Below are positions 1 to 6,382 of a DNA stretch of 8,325 nt, one piece after another. The translations under genes were made by a program, and so were the position numbers. The stretch lies in the NCBI GenBank assembly GCA_027031765.1, contig JALVPN010000220.1, positions 1 through 8,325 on the forward strand. The letters run 5' to 3'. The stretch is from Promethearchaeota archaeon (lineage in GTDB: Archaea > Asgardarchaeota > Thorarchaeia > Thorarchaeales > Thorarchaeaceae). The first letter of the stretch is position 1, and every line of letters starts with the position of its first letter. The notes under the pieces were generated by a model that ran no database searches, was not told where the DNA came from, and was given only the letters and a program-made list of their open reading frames with translations.

Positions 1-28
1 CTGTCCGAGTGAATTTGAATTGTTATGT
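1..28 (-). mobile_element. Putative 5' part of an integron attC recombination site, truncated by the window edge
   Basis: The minus strand reads ACATAAC-AATTC-AAATTCACTCGGACAG and overlaps the TAA stop of the toxin fragment. This resembles the R'' (RYYYAAC) / spacer / L'' start of cassette attC sites of the TAACAAnnnAATnCACTCGGAC type. R'' is an imperfect match, and the L'/R' half lies outside the window. Confidence 0.5.
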
Positions 29-262
29 TTCACTTTCATCTGGCAATCTGAGGATTCGTTCACTGCGCCACACCCTTATGAGATGAATTGAGTCAAACTC
101 TCTTAAATAAACAACTCTAAATGGAGGATGAATTAACTCCCTTATTTTCTCCTCACTGAGACCGGAGAGCATACCCGTCTTTAGGGCTTTGATTGTGATG
201 TCCTCACTCAAGTCTATAGCCTGGTTCATCATCTCAATAATATTAGTGTTCGGGGAAGCCAT
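23..262 (-). pseudogene. Chimeric ORF: C-terminal half of a RelE/ParE-family type II toxin (about 23-157) fused to an unrelated ~35-aa N-terminus
   Basis: The C-terminus EEKIRELIHPPFRVVYLREFDSIHLIRVWRSERILRLP matches the RELIxPPFRIVY...VRVWRSERLL tail of RelE/ParE toxins. The expected N-terminal half (W/S..A..DL..I..Y... HP..GR.VPE) is absent. GC is about 37% over 1-150 and about 47% over 151-260. Confidence 0.7.
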
Positions 263-630
263 CGTTTCTGGTGCGGGTGAGTGTCAACTTACAGTCTGGG
301 CTTGAATGTCATGGAGTCCAAGTCCACACCAACTGTTGATTGCGGGTGTGACAGACCTGGGCATGTGGCTCGTGCTGTCCGGCTACGGCTCCTGCCGCAG
401 GCCGCAGGGTGTGTTGATGAGAGTGGGAACCACAGGTCGCTGGTATGGGCAGGTCTGGTGCAACTGCGGTCAGGTGCGGGCCTAGTTCCTTTCGTGCAAC
501 ACCGGGCCACATAGTATCGGTACTAGATCCGGCCCATGAGGCCCAAGACTCTGCAAACACACATATGCACAGGTGCGTTCGTACCGCAGTACCCCGGGAC
601 CGTGGCCGGATGTGGCTACGGGTCGCGGTC

Positions 631-636
631 AGGAGA
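631..636 (+). promoter_or_regulatory. Shine-Dalgarno-like AGGAGA upstream of ATG 647
   Basis: AGGAGA lies 10 nt before ATG 647. The ORF residues upstream of this ATG (536-646) do not look protein-like. Confidence 0.5.
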
Positions 637-646
637 AGACAGTCTG

Positions 647-1948
647 ATGACACATGACAGTCGCAGTCAATACAGTGCACTACTCAGTGCGTCTTCCAAG
701 CTCCTTGAGAGTGCAGAGTGGCCAGTGCGTCTTGGTGCCGCGACCGGCCTGGCATGTATGGCCCCCAGCCCTGGGCTCTGCGACCGGGTAGCGGCCATGT
801 TGGGCCCTCATTTCAGCGACTGGGCCGCCAGCGTCCGGCGTGTCGCGGTATTTGGGGCTGCTGTCGGTACCGCCTGCTCACGCGGAGTGAATGAGGCGGT
901 AGCCCTGATGGGCCGCCTGCTGCCGGGTGATGCCTACACTAGGATTGGGGTCGCGCTTGCCCTAGGTGTGGTCGGCATCACAGCAGACGCTGTGAACAGA
1001 ACCCTAGACATCCTGATGATGTTCCAGCAGGACCAGTCACCGGGGGTCAGGACTGCGGCCGCTCTGAGCGCAGGTATGTTGATGGGTATACACAGGCCTG
1101 CCGGAGTGCCAGACATCGTGAGCACGGAGGACATGTTCGGCGGGCCGAGGGAACGGCAGGCCGTAGTGCTGGGCACTGCGCTCGTGGGAGCTACAACGGG
1201 GCGCCCAGAGAGCGTGGAGGCAGTGATAGGACTGCTGGACAATCCCATGGACGGGCCCACACCGGCCACACTGCTGGCCCGTGCGCTGGCCGCTCTCTGT
1301 CGGGGCAGTCTGAGTGAGGACGCGGACGCACTGAGGGAGTATCTTGGGAGTGGAGAGTGGGCCGCCCGTCTGGGTGCTGTCCTCGGCCTCAGCCTGATGT
1401 GTGCAGAGTCCCACAGACCACTCATCACTCCGGACGACCTCCGTCCCCTGCTCTCTGACCCCAACTGGCAGGTATGCAGGACTGCAGCATTTTCGATGGG
1501 CGCCGTACTGGCTGCACAGGACGATGGACCACTGAAACCGCTTGCGTCTGCGGTCAAGGACGGGTCGAATACTGTACGGGCGGCTGCAGGATGGGCACTG
1601 GTACACCTTGTTGCAGGAGGTCGGGGGGACATCGCAGCACCACTCCTCGAAAGGCTGCTCAGTGACGACTTTGGGCCTGCGCGGCGAGCTGCAGCCGTAG
1701 GCATTGGAGTCCTCGAAGGGCGCGTGGGCCACGCGGCAGAAGACTGGACGCCTCCAAGAGTGGTCGTGCACGATGACATCTATGTGCGTCAGGGAGGCGG
1801 GACTGCTCTCGGGCTGTCCGTTGCACTAGACCACGCCCCCCTTGCTGTGGCACGTGGGGTTGCGCTGCACTACGCTGACGTACTGCCGGTTGAGACCGCG
1901 CTCCCGCTGGCCAGTGCTCTGGACCAGCAACGCGTGAGCGGGCAGTAG
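647..1948 (+). CDS. HEAT-like / PC (proteasome-cyclosome)-like alpha-solenoid repeat protein, 433 aa, about 11 repeats
   Basis: Long ORF with a recurring unit [L/F]xxDx(1-3)xVRxxAAxxLGxx, e.g. LESAEWPVRLGAATGLA, DQSPGVRTAAALSAG, GSGEWAARLGAVLGL, LSDPNWQVCRTAAFSMG, KDGSNTVRAAAGWAL, LSDDFGPARRAAAVGIG, HDDIYVRQGGGTALGL. The start was moved from 536 to ATG 647 on RBS evidence. Confidence 0.8.
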   Translation: MTHDSRSQYSALLSASSKLLESAEWPVRLGAATGLACMAPSPGLCDRVAAMLGPHFSDWAASVRRVAVFGAAVGTACSRGVNEAVALMGRLLPGDAYTRIGVALALGVVGITADAVNRTLDILMMFQQDQSPGVRTAAALSAGMLMGIHRPAGVPDIVSTEDMFGGPRERQAVVLGTALVGATTGRPESVEAVIGLLDNPMDGPTPATLLARALAALCRGSLSEDADALREYLGSGEWAARLGAVLGLSLMCAESHRPLITPDDLRPLLSDPNWQVCRTAAFSMGAVLAAQDDGPLKPLASAVKDGSNTVRAAAGWALVHLVAGGRGDIAAPLLERLLSDDFGPARRAAAVGIGVLEGRVGHAAEDWTPPRVVVHDDIYVRQGGGTALGLSVALDHAPLAVARGVALHYADVLPVETALPLASALDQQRVSGQ

Positions 1949-2182
1949 TCTGGCCAGCCAGATGCAGATGGGGTGTTGCCGGACGGCATGGCAGGCCCAA
2001 TGGCACGGTACCGGTGAGTGACACGCGTACACAGCTGGAGTGATACCTCATGCCCGGCCCGGCATGCACTATGTGTCATGCCCTACCCATCGGGTGTACT
2101 ATGAGGCCGGTCAGCCGTATTGCTGGGCCCCGACCGCTCTGACACGGGCGAGTCGGGGGGAGTCCCAGCGTAGTCATGGGGC

Positions 2183-4783
2183 CTAGTGTGGTCTTCGCAC
2201 TACATAGACTATGAGGGCGACTGCGGCCAGTCCTGCTGCGCCTCCAACAATGAAGACCCATAGTGGGACCTGACCATCAGTTGGTGTGGTCGTGGTGGAG
2301 CTCGTGTTTGTTGTCGTTGTCGTGCCTGTTGTCGTGGTGGTTGTTGTCGAGAGCTGCAGCGGACTATACGGGGACTGCACTGTGTTGCCCGAGCGGTCGG
2401 CTGCAGACACGAAGTAGTAGATGGTGTCCGAACTGAACTCCGTGACGTTGACAGTGGCGACATAGAGTGTCCCATTGAACGTCATTCCATGCAGCACTGC
2501 GAGTGCAGGGTCGGGTGAGCCGTCCATGACCCCCAAGAGCACGGACGACGTGTTGAGGTCGTGGTCCGAGACATCGGCGCTGACGACGACAGTGTCGTGT
2601 GCTGTATTCAGGGGTGCTGTGACCGTGCTGATGGACGGTGGTGTGGTGTCCTGGAGCACAAATGTGTAGTTCCAGTAGTCGTGGAACATCGCTGCAGGCT
2701 TGTATACGGCTGCAATCATGTAGTCGCCGGGCTTGATGCCGAGCGATCCAGTGTCGGCAACTGTGGTCAGGGTGCCGTTGGCTTGGGCTGTTACCGGCAG
2801 TTCAATCATGGGGTGGGGCAAGTTGTTGATTGCTGCACAGGCCCTGCTGGCATCCGTCAGTTGCGTCCCGTTCTCGTCCGTGACGACCAGCGAGATGGGG
2901 ATTGCGGTGCCCAGTTCGACCGTGAACGGGAGCGTGCGGTTGAGTGTGATGTGGCACTGGCTGATGACGATTGAACCGCGTGGTGGCGTTGGATAGATGC
3001 GGCCGCGTGCATACTCGCCGGGCTGAAGCGAAGACCTAGCGTGTGTCGCCTCTTGTAGTGCAAAGTCCTCGATGTAGAGGTGGCCGGTCAGCGTCCGGGA
3101 GCCGTTCACTGACTGGATACGTCCGACGACCGGGAAGATGTCACGGGACGAAAGGATTACCTGCGCACTGTACGTGTCACCGAAGTACAGCCCCTTCGGG
3201 TGGCTCTCAATGGACTTGTTGTTGATGAAGTCGTACCCGAGGACTGGGAGTCCGGTCGTCTCGTTCACGAACGTGAGCCTGACCTTCCATATCTCGACGG
3301 GCGGGTCGATGACTGGGATGCTCTCTGCAATCTCGCGGGCCCTCTTTAGCCAAGAGGGTATTGGCACCTCCAACTTCTCAAGTATCTTTATGCCCTTGAC
3401 AACGATGTCCTTTACTGTTGTTACTGAGAAGACTACCTTGAGGAAGCTCTTGAGGGCCTTCTTGGTGATTTTCTCAAGGAGGGCTTTCTTGATGCCGTCA
3501 AGCATCTTGCCTTGGATGAAGCCGATTATCTTCTTCATGAACTGCTCAGCGAAGTCCGCGCCTCTTTTGACCGCGTCCAATACGTTCTCAGCGATGTCGA
3601 GGACGATAGAGATGTCAAGGTCGAACTTCTCCTCGGCAACGTCCGTGGTCGTGTCAACGGTATTCAGAGTGGTATACTTCGCATCAATCTGGTGCTGGCA
3701 GGCAAAGTAGTTGTGCGGGTCGAAGGTGCCCTCAACCGTATAGTCGATGAGATGATAGTTCCTCACGCGGTGGTCGTGGGCGATGTAGTGTGAGAATGCA
3801 TCAAAAAAGGCCGCCTGCACCGTGGCATTGCCGTTGATGATGGTCATATTCAGCAGGTCATGTGACCCGAGGAAGGTCATGTACTCGTAGGGACTCGGGA
3901 ATGGCAGGGTGAGTTCGGTCTGGCAGATGACGTAGTAGTGCGACTCGTCAATGTCCTCATAGTCGATAATGCCCAGCTTGACGAACGGCATCAGGAACTC
4001 CTGATTGGTAGCGCTTTCAGCAGCCACTCCGACCAGTCCCATGATCCCGAACGTGTGTCCGTGCATGTCGACATCAAGCGTCATGTTGTACATCTCAATG
4101 CTGGGGTTCTGCCATATGTCGGGGATACCGTCGTTCTCGGTGTCGGCCATGACATTGGTGTGCCCGTGCACCTCTACAGCGTCGACTGCGTAGTAGTATG
4201 TCGGGTTGGACACAGAGGAGTGTCCGACAAGCAGCACGTACTCAATCGAACAGTTGGCGTACTCGAGGACGACGTCTCCCGTTTCTGTTACAACGTCCCC
4301 GAGATGGCACCAGTCGTACGGGTCAATCATCGACACATTGAACCCCTTGCTGTTGGGTGAAACATAGGGGTCATTCCATGTGTACACCTCCAGGATGGTG
4401 TCAGCGGCACCCTCATCGACTACCGCTTTGAGCACCAGCATGTCGCTCATTATTGAGCCATTGACCTTTAGCAAGGCGTACTCAGATTCAGAAGGAAACC
4501 CCATGCGCATCTGGAGGCCATCTGGAATGCCTACGATGGCCTTGGCGTCCTCCACACCAGGACTAGTCACATTGTCAGACCACGCCTCGATATAGCAGGT
4601 CACTGCCTCTTCGTTGTAGAGGTCAGGTGCAGATGAGATGGCGTTACGTTCCGGGGCGTGTGCCCCGTGGGCTTTCGGTGGCGCGGCCGCTCCGGGCAGC
4701 GTGGCCACGCCATAGTTCGAGACCAGCAAGACCATGAACAGAAGACTCACAGCCCTGGTCCTAATACCAATAGTGGTGTGCAT
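2183..4783 (-). CDS. Large secreted, C-terminally membrane-anchored cell-surface glycoprotein (866 aa) with Ig-like domains
   Basis: It has an N-terminal signal peptide (RTRAVSLLFMVLLVSNYGVATLPGAAA) and about 18 N-X-S/T sequons. A DTENDGIPD Ca-binding-like loop is present at 4112-4144. The C-terminal Ig-like module (DTTPPSI...YYFVSAADRSGN) is followed by a Thr-rich linker, a TM helix (VPLWVFIVGGAAGLAAVALIVYVV) and an RRPH tail. ATG 4783 was chosen because GAGGT lies just upstream. Confidence 0.85.
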   Translation of the reverse strand: MHTTIGIRTRAVSLLFMVLLVSNYGVATLPGAAAPPKAHGAHAPERNAISSAPDLYNEEAVTCYIEAWSDNVTSPGVEDAKAIVGIPDGLQMRMGFPSESEYALLKVNGSIMSDMLVLKAVVDEGAADTILEVYTWNDPYVSPNSKGFNVSMIDPYDWCHLGDVVTETGDVVLEYANCSIEYVLLVGHSSVSNPTYYYAVDAVEVHGHTNVMADTENDGIPDIWQNPSIEMYNMTLDVDMHGHTFGIMGLVGVAAESATNQEFLMPFVKLGIIDYEDIDESHYYVICQTELTLPFPSPYEYMTFLGSHDLLNMTIINGNATVQAAFFDAFSHYIAHDHRVRNYHLIDYTVEGTFDPHNYFACQHQIDAKYTTLNTVDTTTDVAEEKFDLDISIVLDIAENVLDAVKRGADFAEQFMKKIIGFIQGKMLDGIKKALLEKITKKALKSFLKVVFSVTTVKDIVVKGIKILEKLEVPIPSWLKRAREIAESIPVIDPPVEIWKVRLTFVNETTGLPVLGYDFINNKSIESHPKGLYFGDTYSAQVILSSRDIFPVVGRIQSVNGSRTLTGHLYIEDFALQEATHARSSLQPGEYARGRIYPTPPRGSIVISQCHITLNRTLPFTVELGTAIPISLVVTDENGTQLTDASRACAAINNLPHPMIELPVTAQANGTLTTVADTGSLGIKPGDYMIAAVYKPAAMFHDYWNYTFVLQDTTPPSISTVTAPLNTAHDTVVVSADVSDHDLNTSSVLLGVMDGSPDPALAVLHGMTFNGTLYVATVNVTEFSSDTIYYFVSAADRSGNTVQSPYSPLQLSTTTTTTTGTTTTTNTSSTTTTPTDGQVPLWVFIVGGAAGLAAVALIVYVVRRPH
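2279..2350 (-). repeat. Low-complexity Thr-rich linker (STTTTTTTGTTTTTNTSSTTTTPT) within the surface protein
   Basis: Imperfect (ACN)n codon run, seen as TGT/CGT/GGT triplets on the + strand, immediately before the TM anchor. Confidence 0.9.
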
Positions 4784-4791
4784 TGTTCTAT

Positions 4792-4796
4792 ACCTC
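4792..4796 (-). promoter_or_regulatory. Shine-Dalgarno-like GAGGT for the surface protein gene
   Basis: The minus strand reads TTGAGGTATAGAACAATG, with GAGGT 8 nt before ATG 4783. Confidence 0.55.
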
Positions 4797-5109
4797 AACA
4801 GAACGCGAAGTGCTGGTTCACGACGTTATGTCGATGGCACGGCTTTGTCGTGCATACAGTCTAGCGCTATAGAACCAGTTCGCATACATTATCATGGGTC
4901 CGCATCTATTAAATGGTCCTGTAGTCATCTCACCGACCTACGGGCCCTGCGGTCTACGCCTGGACGGCCCATTCCCGACGGCCCGCAGTCTCAGGCTGAA
5001 GGTGTACTCCTATGCAGCAAAGGGACTAGACCCCGGTGCACCTCTCGCCTCCGCGTGCCAAGGGAAGGATGATAGGGACCACATGGCCCCTGTCGTATGA
5101 GGGTTCCTG

Positions 5110-5564
5110 TTGCTGACATGGGGCTTCGGTGCATGCAACAGAGAAGAGATGGTGCGTTTCATTGCACAGTTCAGACAGACCTCTGCCGGACTGAAACAGC
5201 GAGGAACACCGCTCACTCTTGAGGCTGCAGGCGAAGAACTGGACTATTGTATGGGCCGGGGTTGTCCGATATTCGTTGCAGTGCACGAGGACCGCGTGGT
5301 CGGATATCTGGTGTGCTGGGTCGACGAGGACACGGTGTGGACGGAGTCGCTGTATGTCGTACCTGCCCTGCGCCGCAGAGGGGTGGCATCTGCCACGTAC
5401 GAGGGGGCCGAGGAGTTCGCATGGACTCTGGATGGCGGCACAGTCCATAGCCCTCCTCAAAGGCCGCGGACACGATGCCGTCAACCTAGTCGAAGTGCAC
5501 CGGTGCGTACAGGGACGAGCAACTGGGGAAGATTGCTGTCGTCAGCCACGAGTTCCGATACTGG
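5110..5564 (+). pseudogene. GNAT-family N-acetyltransferase pseudogene with two frameshifts and a probably lost stop codon
   Basis: Frame 1 carries PIFVAVHEDRVVGYLVCWVDEDTVWTESLYVVPALRRRGVAS (acetyl-CoA motif A). At about 5446 the protein-like sequence moves to frame 2 (IALLKGRGHDAVNLVEVHR; GNAT motif B, ..FL...GY..LNL.E.R). At about 5504 it moves to frame 3 (AYRDEQLGKIAVVSHEFRY), followed by TGG where a TGA would be expected. The start is uncertain (TTG 5110, or ATG 5118 with a further shift). Confidence 0.75.
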
Positions 5565-5629
5565 TCCTTGCAGGTAGTTGGCGCCCCCGTGCCGGCCAGT
5601 ATGTTGAGCAACACGACTACTACCCACGA

Positions 5630-5836
5630 CTAGTCCAGCGTGCTCTCAAGTGCGAGCGCAGTCCGAACAGCCTCGCGCACCGTATCGGCAACGTACAACA
5701 TACCGCACTCAGGTCGTACCCCATTTTCCTCTCTTGGATCTCATTCCAGACACACGTGGCTATCAACCCGGTGCACATCACTACCCAAGAGTCCCCGCAC
5801 CACATCAATGACATGGGCACTACCGCGTACGTTCAT
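5630..5836 (-). pseudogene. Possible decayed remnant of a LOG/TIGR00725-like Rossmann-fold gene
   Basis: One frame gives MNVRGSAHVIDV...HVCLE*DPREENGVRPECGMLYVADTVREAVRTALALESTLD*, with an internal TGA at 5741-5743. A shifted frame gives GAGTLG* at 5787-5801. These resemble the LOG-like motifs NVRS.DAVI.VGGG.GTL and A.T.EEAV..AL. The similarity is short and judged by eye. Confidence 0.3.
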
Positions 5837-5962
5837 GCTCTGTCGAAGTATTGCTGGCGAATAGCAGAGGACAGCCAAAGAACCTTTTTCTTGAGAGATG
5901 GAGTGACCTATTCGCCTCCGGCCACCGAGAACGTCATGGCACAAAAGGGAGACTTGAACGCT

Positions 5963-6091
5963 ATGCCGACATGCAGTGACTGCAAGTACTACAGACCAAT
6001 AAATGAGAACGAGGGCGATTGCTTGGGGGCCAAGGTACCTGCTGACAGGGATGCTGGGCTGTGTCCTGCTAGGGCGTTCACACCCAAGTGA
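5963..6091 (+). CDS. 42-aa four-cysteine miniprotein, putative [4Fe-4S]/Zn-binding, resembling BssC/HpdC-type small subunits
   Basis: The sequence MPTCSDCKYYRPINENEGDCLGAKVPADRDAGLCPARAFTPK has a C-x2-C-x12-C-x13-C motif. A purine-rich AAGGGAG at 5945-5951 precedes ATG 5963. An alternative ATG is at 5936. It is hidden at the end of the composite ORF 5219..6091. Confidence 0.75.
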   Translation: MPTCSDCKYYRPINENEGDCLGAKVPADRDAGLCPARAFTPK

Positions 6092-6382
6092 GCGGCGGGG
6101 GCAGGACACCCCCATTCTGCCCAGTCCGGCCTTCAGGCTAGGACTCGCAACTCCAGACAGGTTGGACGAATGTACCGACGCATGTCCTACCAAGTGGGGT
6201 TCAGTGCATGAGCGCTTGCCCCGGACCCGGCCAGCGGGATGAGCATGTCAGCTCCACCACACCGGTGACCAGCCCCCGACCGGGGAGGCTCCCATTGGAC
6301 GGCCTACGCACTCTGTCAGGCCGTTTCGGCAACTGCACCCGCACGCACGCACTAGTGTGTTTCCGGTGGGACCATACACACG

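Noticed and set aside
559-570. ATATGCAC shared with the putative promoter at 7912-7919
   Set aside because: It is an 8-nt match with no start codon at the equivalent distance, so probably coincidental.
263-646. Short ORFs 281..514 (+), 289..510 (-), 309..680 (-), 445..657 (+) and the 536-646 extension
   Set aside because: They overlap each other, have Cys/Arg/Pro-rich random-like composition and show no motif. Treated as intergenic.
1986-2082. Recurrent GGCATG/CATGCC hexamers and a hairpin CATGCC-N6-GGCATG (2049-2066) between convergent genes
   Set aside because: A 6-bp stem without a U-tract is expected by chance at this GC content. There is no regular spacing, so it is not a CRISPR array or a convincing terminator.
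934-4600. Long antisense or off-frame ORFs (934..1779, 1037..1771, 2561..2974, 3138..3710, 3938..4360 and others)
   Set aside because: They are shadows of the real GC-rich genes on the opposite strand and have no independent protein-like features.
4734-5216. ORFs 4734..5072, 4894..5100, 5010..5216 and the AT-rich TATTAAAT near 4910
   Set aside because: The ORFs lack motifs and overlap each other. The AT box could be a TATA element for either divergent gene, but its distance to both starts is too long to assign.
5440-5510. Programmed ribosomal frameshifting in the GNAT gene
   Set aside because: Two successive shifts, no slippery heptamer, and apparent loss of conserved residues indicate deletions instead.
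5741-5743. In-frame TGA as selenocysteine
   Set aside because: No redox-motif context or recognisable SECIS was seen, and nearby motifs are frameshifted. A TGG-to-TGA nonsense change in a decaying gene is simpler.
5219-6091. 290-aa + strand ORF as a single protein
   Set aside because: It is a composite: an off-frame GNAT region, the frameshifted GNAT tail, a non-protein-like middle that is antisense in register to a possible remnant, and the 42-aa Cys miniprotein with its own RBS.
6097-6113. GGGGG-N7-CCCCC hairpin after the miniprotein stop
   Set aside because: It has only a 5-bp stem and no poly-T, which is too weak to call a terminator.
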